64,000 nt of DNA from Veleropilina oligotropha (lineage: Eukaryota): assembly GCA_048128005.1 (NCBI GenBank), contig JBEUKZ010000101.1, forward strand, positions 62,001 through 126,000, read 5' to 3'. Positions 21,641 to 34,400 of the stretch are shown here, one piece after another. A program made the position numbers and the translations under genes. The notes beneath the pieces were generated by a model. The model had not been told where the DNA came from and did not search any database. It saw only the letters and a program-made list of their open reading frames with translations. Positions within the stretch are counted from its first letter, which is position 1; every line of letters starts with the position of its first letter.

Positions 21641-22242
21641 TTTTTATAATGTGGCATGGTATTGCGTTATAGTATACCCTCGGTCGTCCGTCCGTGGTTT
21701 CCATCAAGTATCTTGAGAACCGCACATCAGATGTTATTCAAATATTGTGATTATGTTGGAAACGATAACGCGGAGGTCAAGTTCGATTTCAGCAAAATTT
21801 TGACAAATATTACCAGAGTTGTCCCCCATTTTTGACATGAACATTTAGTTTCCGTCAATTATCTTCAGTCGGATCCTGTTTAAATCTTATTACTGTGTTG
21901 CAAATAATAACTTGGAGGTCAAGTTCGATTTCAGGAGAATTTCGAGAAATGCTACCGGAGTTATCCCCAGTTTTCGACATGAAATTTGGTTTCTGTCAAT
22001 TATCTTAACAACCGTGCATCAGATGCTGTTCAAATCTCATGACGGTGTTGCACATAATAGCTTCTAGGTCGAGGTCGAATTCAGCAGAATTTTGACATAG
22101 TTCGATTCTGCGACAATTCCGACAAATATTTACGCAGTTATCCCCCTTTTTCGACAAACATTTAGTTTCGTTTACTTATCCACAGTTGTCCCCCTTACTA
22201 CAGGCGGGGTATAATGTAATGTACCATTACTGTGCTCTCGTT
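21641..22242 (+). mobile_element. HINE/DINE-like element with degenerate ~150-bp internal repeats
   Basis: T-run start, (GTCC)n block, repeated ggaggtcaagttcgatttcag units, and a 3' ggcggggtat...ctcgtt end. Confidence 0.55.
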
Positions 22243-24040
22243 AGCATTATAATATCGCTTGTGAAAATCCACCCTCCAACCATGCAGTTGTAGGACTACT
22301 GTGATTCATAACAACAAATAATGTCACGTCTATCAGTGAAGAACACAACAAACATTATTTTTTTCATATGTGCATGTATTAAAACAGCATTAATAGATTA
22401 CATTATTTGTGTGATAATCCATGGCAATAGGCTGTAAGTTTTGTCAAATCTACTAGATACAAATGATATGCATATATGCATGTAATGACAATATTTCAGA
22501 GTCTTTTGCATTGTAAATGACTATGGTATATATAATAGATACTAGTAATATTATTATTATTTGAATTGAAAACAATACATTAAGAAACAACATTCAACTT
22601 TTGTCAGTAATTTTCTACCGTTTAAATTAATCGCTCATGAAGATGAAAGAATAATTTAAAGCGATCACCTCGCACAGAGTGTAATTTCCAATTGACCAAG
22701 CTGGAGCAAAGTTGCGTAGGTTTATACTCGTCAATTAAGATAGGTTTATATTTGACAATAATATATATTGCCTAGTTACAATAATAATATCAATAAAAAT
22801 TTATCATTTGATCATATCAGAGTGAAAATTTTATCACTCTGCGCGAACCGTGCGATAGAGGTATTCTGTCATGCTACACAATCACAAATTTACAGGCAAT
22901 GGTCACTTTAATGTTAAATTACTTCTTAGTGACCACATATATTCAGGAGAACATTGTTGTTTTTAAACAATGAGATAATGGAGATTCTTTTTTTGTAATG
23001 TTTAAATTTGTATTCACCCCTTAGGCTGAAGCACTTCATAGTTTAGGCTGACATATATTAGCTTCAGCCCACGGCCTATTGCTACCCGCCCACTGATTAC
23101 GTATAATATATAAGAGGGCAGCCATCTGCAATTTTTCCGGCTATGCACATGCCCCGCTTCGAATTGCATTTCACCTACCAGAAGCAACAGTAATAAAGGA
23201 ATCATGCAATGCATTACATATTTATCTTCGCCCCGCTTGCCTCGTTAGAGCAGAAAAGCCGATCCAATAACAATAAATGCGACATTTGTTCGTCCCTTGG
23301 GACACATCTTCTAAATGTGTCGAAGTGTTTCGACAAATGAACAGCACGCTGAGGGGGCAGAATAATCCCCAACATATCATTGGCTGTTTGCTATTCTATA
23401 TATATAAGACAAATTTATGACATCACCAATGGACAACAGCTGTCATTCACAGGAAGCGAATTTTGTACAACGTAAAATGCAAGATACAATTATTATAAAT
23501 TTAATGGAACCGTAAATAAATTACGCATTTGACATCATAACGCACTAAAGGATTTTAAAAGATTAAAAATATATATATATACTAGTATACTAATCGTCAA
23601 GCGGAAACAGATGAACGATAAGCAGCGATACAGGCCCCTGTGCCCGCAAGTAGCGAAAATCGTTTTTAATTTTAAACCCTAGACCAATTTTTCCAAAAAA
23701 TTATCTAGGCCCGATGACCCTAGAACACCTATTATTTAAAAGTAAAAAATAATAAACCTGTTTTATTATTGGAGGGATGGACGTTTCATCATTTTTGGCA
23801 CTGTCCAAGTTAACTTGCATGGATGATGGGTACCATGCAGTATTGCGAAAAGTTGTGACAGATCTGCAAAGCTATCACCGATATATATGTTCAATTTTAC
23901 AATACTGCCGCATCGCATGCAACTAAAGATAAATAAATTATTCATATTTGACGTAGCGTCTGCATGTTTCGATAAAAAGTATTCTTGGTAATTATAATGG
24001 CATTAACGATTTCAGTGCCGAGCACTGATTTCAGCAGTGA

Positions 24041-24906
24041 TTTTTATGCCACCACCAATTTATTGGGGTGGCATTTAGATTTACTATTGTCCGTCCCGTC
24101 CGGGGCAGTATTTGCGTGTAAGCAACTCCAATCTGCTATAACTTCTATTTGCCTTCATGGATTGACTTGATACTTTGTACACTTGCTTATCATCATTCAT
24201 GCTTCGCTTCTGCGACCCATCCATGTCGCCGTATGGCCAAGGTCAAGGTCAAATGACTTAGCTCTTCAAACCAGTATTTGCGTGTAAGCAACTCCAATCT
24301 GCTATAACTTCTATTTGCCTTCATGGATCGACTTGATACTTTGTACACTTGCTTATCATCATTCATGCTTCGCTTCTGCGACCCATCCATGTCGCCGTAT
24401 GGCCAAGGTCAAGGTCAAATGACTTAGCTCTTCAAACCAGTATTTGCGTGTAAGCAACTCCAATCTGCTATAACTTCTATTTGCCTTCATGGATTGACTT
24501 GATACTTTGTACACTTGCTTATCATCATTCATCCTTCGCTTCTGCGACCCATCCATGTCGCCGTATGGCCAAGGTCAAGGTCAAATGACTTAGCTCTTCA
24601 AACCAGTATTTGCGTGTAAGCAACTCCAATCTGCTATAACTTCTATTTGCCTTCATGGATTGACTTGATACTTTGTACACTTGCTTATCATCATTCATGC
24701 TTCGCTTCTGCGACCCATCCATGTCGCCGTATGGCCAAGGTCAAGGTCAAATGACTTAGCTCTTCAAACCAGTATTTGCGTGTAAGCAACTCCAATCTGC
24801 TATAACTTCTATTTGCCTTCATGGATTGACTTGATACTTTGTACACTGCCCCTATGGTCAAGGCTGCCAGTGGTGGCATCCGTGTCCGATGGACACATTT
24901 CTAGTT
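24041..24906 (+). mobile_element. HINE/DINE-like element carrying a 166-bp tandem array (about 4.5 copies, 24106-24847)
   Basis: Subterminal inverted repeats atgccaccac...gtggtggcat, a 3' hairpin tgtcc-gat-ggaca and T-rich ends. Near-identical ORFs recur every 166 bp. Confidence 0.85.
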
Positions 24907-25027
24907 TTAATATAAAACAGCAAACAATGTAAATTCTTTTACTTTGAATCTGGCATCAAAACTTTTTATAACATCCACATATATGTAAGTAAGGCATTAC
25001 ATAGGACATTATGCGATAATTATTGGT

Positions 25028-25290
25028 GGAGGGAGGGAGGAATGATGCTTAATGTCCTGTATATTTACAACATCGAGGTTCAAGGCAGGACATGTCCGTG
25101 TTATCGCGGGAGGAAACCCCGGTCGCCCGGGTAAACCCACCCTCTTCGGCCAGTCACGGACAACTGTGATTCATAACTTGAACAAATGTCAATGCCTCAG
25201 CCAGGTATTGAACCCACTAGTTTTCGCATTAGCGGAATCAAGCCAGTGAATTTAGAGTGGACACTACCCACTGCGCTGCTGAAGCGGCCG
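25028..25290 (-). mobile_element. tRNA-derived V-domain-like SINE with 11-bp TSD
   Basis: TSD taattattggt at 25017-25027 and 25291-25301; near-identical to the copy at 35667-35930. Confidence 0.9.
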
Positions 25291-25453
25291 TAATTATTGG
25301 TAATACACTTTTAGCGTTAGTTGTGTATATAGCGTTTTAATAGCCGTCTTTCTGAATATGCACGCACGTAGTTGTACTTGAAAAATAAAATGCAGTGACA
25401 AATTTCGCAAACGATAATAATTATTGATGATATATTTTCAGAAGGAAACAGTC

Positions 25454-28400
25454 ATGGCGACATCTTATGAGAGCAACTTGTCCTGTGCCATCTGTCTTGA
25501 GTTTTATGATGACCCCCGGGTCTTGCCTTGCGGACACTCGTATTGTTTAAAATGTCTGGGGAAATTGTCGAAGAAGAGATCCAGCAAAGGTGTGATAAAG
25601 TGTCCTTTATGCCAGGCCGAATCGAGATGCGAAGATGGTGGTCAGACATCATACACCAAAAACTGCGAGTTAAACAGTCTGGTCCAGTCGTTTATCGTAC
25701 AGTCAAAGACACATGTCACAACGGGCGATGCAAATTTATGCGGAATTTGTGATGCACGAACAACAGCTCGGCGGGCTTGTGGTGAATGTGAAATGATGTA
25801 TTGCCAAAAATGCTTCATCACTTCACACCCTATGAGAAGAAAATCACTCAGAAATCACAAGATTGTGAACGTCGATGGAAATTTCAATCTTAAAAAACAT
25901 AAGAAGGACGACAGAAGCATGTACTGCAACGATTGCGACACCCTGTTAACAGTCGCAGATATAAACAATCATGTTAAGCATGAAGTTGTGTCACTGGACA
26001 AAGCATGCTCGCTTTTCAAGGTAAATTCATTCACTACTGGCTTTGCATTTCGCGCTTTGCGCAAGCATTATATATAATGGGAAATTCGACCCCTGGTTAT
26101 CAATGTTCTTTAGGCATTTTTGTATTTTGCTAGATGACGACCATTGTCATATTTAAAGTTGGAAAAATAACGGAGAAACAAAAGGGTTCGTATTGAAAAC
26201 TGGGTGATAGTAATAAATTTGGACCGTTTCATAATTTCATACTGGCAGGTCGACAACTTTATCACAATACTTTAATTCTATTTCGAGAAGAGATCAGTAA
26301 TGGTGGAATCACTTGCCTCGTAAGTTATAGCAACTTCGGGGGAAAAATGTGTACGGTATTGTAAAGCTTCATTATCTAAAGTCTACTGGTGCAGGTGTCT
26401 GATGTGTTATCACACAGGCCATTCGTCATAGTCTTATACACGTTGTATAGCTGAGCATTGTATAGGATAATCAATGTATCACAAAGATGGAATATTGTCA
26501 GGAAATATTATGTATTATCACATGACAAACCTGTTACGAAACGGCAGAACCCGTTTGATATTTTCCATACGAATCACATGTTCAATAACTATACAAATGA
26601 CGGTGACGTAATGCTAACTAGTCGCATCTGGCACGAATTTGATTAGGCGGCGCATCACCCTAATTAACATATTGAATAATTCGTACACGTTGACTCGCTG
26701 TTGTTGATAAAACAAAGATGTGGAACTATTTTTTATTTGTGTATGTATATATTTCGGCATCACTTGCCTCGTAATATAGCAACTTCGGGGGAAAAATGTG
26801 TACGGTATTGTAAAGCTTCATTATCTAAAGTCTACTGGTGCAGGTTGTTATATAGTAGTTAACACAAGTCGTAAGTGTTAAGATGATATTGTATTTGACT
26901 TTAGGTACAATATGCCGACCGCATGGTTAGCTCGCGTGTGTCGCTACCAAGGGCGATAATCCTGTTTGATATATCGTTACATCTCCCTTTTTTTAAATAT
27001 GTGATTATCACAAATAAAGAAAGTTATTATTGTCACCAGTAAATCACTGAAATAATAAAGTTCTGTAGAATGATCATCAGAGACCGTTAACAATGATTGG
27101 ATGATGTTTCTTCATGAATTTACTGAATCAATATGAAATTATAATAATAACTTGTCAGTTCCTAAGCTTGGGAGGAGCGGTTACTAGCACATCACTCCCT
27201 CCACGAGTCTTTACCACTCGTGTTCCCTACTCTAACACAAACACGATATGATCCCTCCACGAGTCTTTACCACTCGTGTTACCTACTCTACACTAGCACG
27301 ATTCAATCAAACGAGTTGGTGGTCGTGCATTTCTAGTGGATCTTCTTGTCACTTCACCATCTGCACCATATGAACCAGACATAGGATGACTTTCAACAAT
27401 GGTTACAACATCATCAGAATTCGGCAAATCGTATACTTCAATCGTATTTGCTGGCGAATCACCGAATTTGCGAATATCTCGTCGATTTCTTCGCAGTTGT
27501 GTTCCATTGTCAGTTTCGATATTATACGATCGCGGAGATACTTCGTTCACTATATTTCCGCCATGTAACCATTTGTTCGATGAATAATCAAACAGACGTA
27601 CGCGGTCTCCTGTATGAAGATTCTGCAGTTCGTGCGTTCTCCGATCATAGTAATCCTTTTGTTTCTGTTTCATAGCTAGCTTGCTCTGAACGTGCTGATC
27701 TGACGACGTGATCTTTAGCAAACTTGGATGAATTGGAAGTGTTGTTCTTATTCGTCTTCCCATGAGTAGCTGTGCTGGGGAAGCATCGTTTAATGCAGGT
27801 GTTGCTCGATAAGCTTGTAGAGCTTTGAAGATGTCTTCTTTCTTAGATATTGTCTTGTACAATATACGCTTCACAGTTTTCACGGAGCTTTCAATGAAAC
27901 CATTGGATTGGGGGTAATGTGGACTTGATGTTACATGTTCAAAGTCCCATTCGATGCTGAAAGCTTTAAATTCGGACGATGAGTATTGTGGGCCATTGTC
28001 ACTAATAACAACGTTGGGGGTTCCGTGACGAGCGAAAACTGATTTCATTGCACCAATGATGGTTTTGCTTGTTGTGTTCGTGAGAGATACAACTTCGGGG
28101 TACAGAGAAAAGTAGTCTGTCACCAATAGATAGTTCTTGTTGTCGCAAGTAAACAGGTCAGTTCCAACCTTTTGCCATGGATAGACAGGCACATCATGAG
28201 GCTTTAGTGGTTCGGGCGAGTGCTTGGGCATGTACGTTAAACAAGCACTGCAAGATTGAACCATTTGCATAATGTCTGCATTCATGCCAGGCCAAAACAT
28301 TACCTCGCGTCCACGTCTACGACATTTCTCAATTCCTAAATGTCCTTCATGGATCTTCGACAACATCTCTCTGCGTAAGATTTTTGGTATGACAATCTTA

Positions 28401-31400
28401 GAGCCTTTCAAGATAATGTCATTTGCAGTTGATAGCTCCTGCCTTACATTCCAATACTCAGTAACATTGGAAGGGCAAAGTTCTTTGCTTTGTGGCCATC
28501 CTTTCAGGATCATTTCTTTGAGACTGCACAAGCATTCGTCTTTAATTGTTTCCTGTCTCAGCTGTTCCATTCTTCTGTCTGATATTGGCATTGTTTGCAG
28601 AACCATGTTAACATGAAGATCAACCTGTTCTGCTGTGATCAGGGTAGCAACTGCAGTCTTGTCAGTTGCTCTTGATAATGCATCTGCAGAAACGAGATAC
28701 TTGCCTGGAGTATATGTTACATCAAGATCATAGCGTTGCAATTTGAGCAGTAATCTTTGAATACGTAATGGGCAATCTGCAAGCGACTTCTTGAATATGC
28801 TGACCAATGGTTTATGGTCAGTCTCTATCTGGATCTTCGTTCCAAATATAAACTGGTGAAATCTTTCACAAGCGTATGCGATACTAAGTAGCTCTTTTTC
28901 GATTTGTGCGTAACGTGTCTCGGCATCGAGCATTGCTCTGGAGGCATATGATATCGGTTTCCACTGATCATCATGCAATTGTAGAATAACAGCTCCTAGC
29001 CCATCCTTGCTTGCATCAGCTGATATTCTGATGAGCTTTTGCGGATTATAATATTGGAGAACTGGTTTGGAACTCAGAATATTCTTTAGCATCTGCCAAG
29101 ATGTTTCTTGTTCTGGTCCACATTCCCAGTGCGATTTGTTATTCAAGAGGTTTCTGAGAGGTGCCGACTTCTGCGACAATTCTGGGATCCATTTGGCCAA
29201 ATACGTTACCATGCCTAGAAATCTTTGGACATCAGCCTTGCACTCGGGTTTTGGCATGTTTCGAATGGCAGAAACCTTACTTTCGTCGGGTTTTATTCCT
29301 TTGTCTGTTAGACAATCTCCAAGGAATATGATTTCTTTAACACCAAACCTGCACTTTTCTCGATTTAGCTTCAGATTCGACTTCCTTGCTTGTTCTAGAA
29401 CTCGATACAGAGCCTCGTCGTGCTCTTCTTTGGTACGGCCCCACACTATGATATCATCCATAGATGTGTCCACATTGTCGATATCAATGAAGAGCTCGTG
29501 TATGGTTTGATGATACACTTCGGGTGCGGAACATATTCCGAATGGCAATCGTAAATAGCGATAGCGTCCGAAAGGTGTATTGAAAGTACACAGCTTGCTG
29601 CTAGCGTCATCGAGTTTAAGCTGCCAAAAATCCTTGGGAAGCATCGACTTTGCTGAAGAATTTTGCATCCGAGAATTTTGCCATTATCTCCTCACGTGTT
29701 GGAAGCTTATAATGTTGGCGTTTTATTGCTCGGTTTAAATCTCTGGGATCCATACATACTCGAATTGCTCCATTTTTCTTCTGGACAACCACTACCGAGT
29801 TTACCCAGTCAGTTGGTTCATTGACCTTAGTAATGACCGACAATTTCTCCATACGTTCAAGTTCTGCTTTTAATTTGTCACGTACTGGAAAGGGTATCTT
29901 ACGGCAAGGGTGAATGACAGGTGACACTTCTTTGTCCACTACGATGGTATGTATTCCTGGTAGACAACCCAGCCCATCGAATACATCTTGATACTCTGAT
30001 GTGAGGTTGCTATATTCCTCGTCAGTGGTTGTTACCAGTCCAATCAATTTTACCAAGTTTAGTGTTTCGCAAGCATCACGCCCAAGTAAGGGTTGTACTT
30101 CTCCTGGTACCACAAAGAATGGAATTCGACAGTCTACTCCATGTCTTCGTACTGCAGCAATGCATTTACCTTTAACTGGTATACTGGTATTGCAATAGGA
30201 TTTGAGATTTTCTGTGGTTTTGAAAAGCCTCGGCCTCCTTTGTAGTGATCTGTAGTCTGACTCGGATATTATGTTTGCTTGAGCCCCTGTGTCTAGCTTC
30301 ATCGGTATGATCGTGTTATTTATGGTAATTGGAATTATCCAGTCATCTGTTTTGTTATTATTTATTGTATCGACTGTAACTGAATCAATGAAAAAATCAT
30401 CCGTGTCGCTATCCACTTCAATTTGATCATTTGTTTTGTTAATCGAGTGCATTTTCTTCGACAAGCAGCATTTAGCATATTGATTTTTTCCATTACAGTT
30501 ATGGCATGTGACACCATAGGCCGGCCATTTGCCTGACATATGCCTTATTCCGCATCTGCGACATTGGTGTTTATCGCTCTCTGCAATGCTGTCATTGCGT
30601 TTTGTATTAGTATTTGTTTGTTTTGTGTACGCTTGACTTTGATTTTGCTTTGTTTTGTTTGGTGGCTTTCTGTGTGCATTGTGCTTCGTTGTGATAGCAT
30701 CGATGTTTGTTGCACTCATATCATGGCTTAATTCTTTTATTTGCGTTTTGGCAACCTCTGATGACTTGATTATTCGAATGGCTTTATCAAGGGTTAATTC
30801 GGTTTCGCGAAGCAACCGTTCTCTTATCGAATTGTCTAAAATTCCACAAACAAGTCTATCTTTGATCAGAGACTCGTTTAAGTCACCGTATTCACACATT
30901 TTGCTGATTTTACGCAGCCTTGTGACGTAATTGTCAACACTTTCACTCTTATCTTGCACACACTGATTGAAATGGAATCTTTCAAGGGTTAAATTCTTTT
31001 TAGGGGTGCAAAATTGATGGAATTTGTCCATAACTGGTTGTAGTTTCATCGCGTCATCATCGTTATCGAATGTGAATGTGTTATACAGTTCGAGTGCCGA
31101 CTCGCCTATGACATGCAATAGAATTGATGTTTTTGTTCTATCACTTTTATCATTAGCACTTGTTGCATCCATATATATATCAAAACGTTGTTTAAACCGT
31201 TTCCAGTTCTCGGAAATGTTACCCGTGAGTTCTAATTGTTCAGGAGGTTTTAATGTTTCCATGTTGTTTCGTATATTCGAATTTGGGACAGTGAGCCTTT
31301 AATGCGAAGGAGACGATTTTTGCTTTTTCGCCGTTTTTGCCTTCGTTGAGTGCGGTAGCCTACTTACCACACCGATAACGCCTTCGTGGTTCGTTCAATT

Positions 31401-34400
31401 ATCTGACACCATGTTATATAGTAGTTAACACAAGTCGTAAGTGTTAAGATGATATTGTATTTGACTTTAGGTACAATATGCCGACCGCATGGTTAGCTCG
31501 CGTGTGTCGCTACCAAGGGCGATAATCCTGTTTGATATATCGTTACACAGGTGTCTGATGTGTTATCACACAGGCCATTCGTCATAGTCTTATACACGTT
31601 GTATAGCTGAACATTATATAGGATAATCAATGTATCACAAAGATGGAATATTGTCAGGAAATATTATGTATTATCACATGACAAACCTGTTACGAAACGG
31701 CAGAACCCGTTTGATATTTTCCATACGAATCACATGTTCAATAACTATACAAATGACGGTGAGCGTAATGCTAACTAGTCGCATCTGGCACGAATTTGAT
31801 TAGGCGGCGCATCACCCTAATTAACATATTGAATAATTCGTACACGTTGACTCGCTGTTTGTTGATAAAACAAAGATGTGGAACTATTTTTTATTTGTGT
31901 ATGTATATATTTCGGCGTGGCACGTGCTGTCAATGTGTGATGCATCTGAGGCAGGCCATTTTATGACTGAAAGAACTGACAGAAATCAGTTTAAAAACAA
32001 AAATGAGTTTAAAAACGTGAAAAAATAAGTTTAAAAGTAAATAAAGTCATGTGATAAAGAAGATCTCAAACTTGTTCCATTTCATATGAGAATTATGAAA
32101 TTCGTCAGGAAATTTATGTTTTGTGCCCGAATCGTTTCATAATTCTCATATGAATTGGACATTCATTCGAGATCCTCTATATATTATATGTTTGCAGGTT
32201 AAACTTGAAGAAGCTACGAGCAGCATTGATCTGATGCAATCAACTTTGCAATCTTCTTTTGATAAATCCAAGGTATGTAATTGTACATGTACTACAAACG
32301 TGTCCTGCACAAGTTACTAATTGTCTCCCCATCCGATGGATGCCTTACTTGAACCGTTCTCTTCCTCATTTCTAGTCTTGTGTCCGGACAAGATCTCATA
32401 TCCTATGCATGCCAGCGATTTCCTTTAGAAATAATATACTTACCATTATCAGTGGCATTAAGAGCATTTTATCGTCATAATGGTGTAATCAAAATTATAT
32501 AAATTTTGTTTCTATTCAGGAGAATTTAGTGATAGTTGAATCCATATTTGAAGAGATCGAACTTGAGGTGACGAGGAAAAAAGAGGAAGTATTGTCCAAG
32601 CTGAAAGCAGATGTCAATGAGGCAAAGGTGGCCAAAGATACCCTGATGTCGACTATATCGATGCACAGAAAATTGCAGTCTCGAGCAGACACGATTTCCT
32701 TTATCGAGGTAAGGTAAATGGCGAGTCCAGCGGCGCGGACATTACATTGAGACACCGTTGCTGAATTGAAATTGCTATAAGTTTAGGGACATTACTATTT
32801 AAAGTTTCATTTATGTACTAAAAGACGAACTGTTATTAACAACCTCATATGTCCTAAGCAAATGCTGATTTACCACGCCACGAAGCAATATTTATGACCC
32901 AAGTGAGTCGCGGATTTATGACCCAAGTGAGTCTCGGTCGATACAATGCAAAAATATCACATTTTCTAAAAAAAGCCGAAGGGGGATATAGGGATATCCT
33001 CCGTCTGTCCGGTCACAAAGTTTTTGGATGAGGTATATGCATTTATTGGATGAATAACTCGACCAAACCTATTCAGATGGAAAGTTGCCTTTAGTTTGAA
33101 CCAAAAACGATAAGATATATTATTTATTTTATGAAAAAAAAGCACTTTGAACATAGACATTTTTCAGTTAAAGTTTTTGTTAAAGTATTTCTTTGAGCGT
33201 ATATCGATTGCTGAAGGCACATTTTGTCATATGTAAGCTTTAGTAATGGCTAGATGGATGTGACCCGATACTCTGGCAATGATTTACATTATAATTTTAT
33301 ATTAATAATTCATGAAATTAGTGTTTTGGGACATAGAATTTAGTTAAAAGTTTTCGGTTATAGGTTTTCAACGAGTGCTTATAGATTGCTCATTGCACAT
33401 TTTTGCATACATACGCTTTGTTGCTGTATATATTGATGCTACCTGCTTAGCCAGGCAGTGATATTGAACAAAATTTAATATAAATTAAGCTGCAAGCAGC
33501 TGTACACGGCTTCGCACAAATCGTAGCAATTAAATTAAAATTCTTTAATTATATATTTTTTAAAATAAGAAAGTAAAGAAGTTATACAAGTCTAATTATG
33601 TCCCCCATCCGAAGGATTGGAGAGACATTGTTTTACACTCCATTCTCCTTCTCCTTTTCGTCTTTCTCTCTTTCTTGTCCAGGCTAGGTCTCTGGTCCTA
33701 TACATGCCAGCATTATTTCCTTGGGTATGTTTAATAGTCCAAGCATGCCATTGTGTTTTTCAGCAAAATTTTGCGAAAACGACCTTCGACCTTGACCTAA
33801 TGACCTCGAAATCGTGTCTGGTCTGGTTCTCGGAGATGTCAAATGTTATCCTTCTAATTTCTTTGTAGATGCATGGCCCACACCTCAGGCATCTGCAGGA
33901 TGCTAAAATTTTGACATTGACACTGTGACCTTGAAAGAAAATTTCCATATTTGGGCATATTTATATTTTATTGTTTTGTTAATTTGTTTTCACCAATTTT
34001 TTTCCTGAGGGTGAGTACATTATATAACAATGTTCAATTTTGTTCTGTCAAAGGTCAATCACAGAGGTCAAAATGTACTTTCCTGACACGCACCTTATCC
34101 AGATTAGATCTCAGTTTCTGTACATGCCAGCATGATTTCCTGTAGTGTGCTAACCCCCCCTTAACTTGCCATTGTGCAAGGCGGCGTAATTTTCCAAAAA
34201 TGAACTTCGACCTTGCCGTAATGACCTTTGACCCCTAAATTGTGTCCGGCCTTGTTCTCTGAGATTTCAAATCTTATCCTAATTTCTTTGAAGATGCATG
34301 GCCCACACTTCAAGCATGTGCATGGCGCTAAAAATTTTCACCTTTGACCTTGACACTGTTACCTTGATAAAAAAAATCCATATTTGGGTATTTCTATATT

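Noticed and set aside
22660..22907. Kolobok-like MITE between TTAA sites
   Set aside because: Only about 6/8 terminal bases are complementary, which is too weak in AT-rich DNA without other copies.
24193..24879. Four tandem 62-65 aa genes
   Set aside because: By-products of the 166-bp array inside a non-autonomous element.
29616..29668. Programmed gag-pol frameshift
   Set aside because: The break is inside RT (DASQGF|WQ) in a homopolymer, not at the gag/pol boundary; mutation or sequencing error is more likely.
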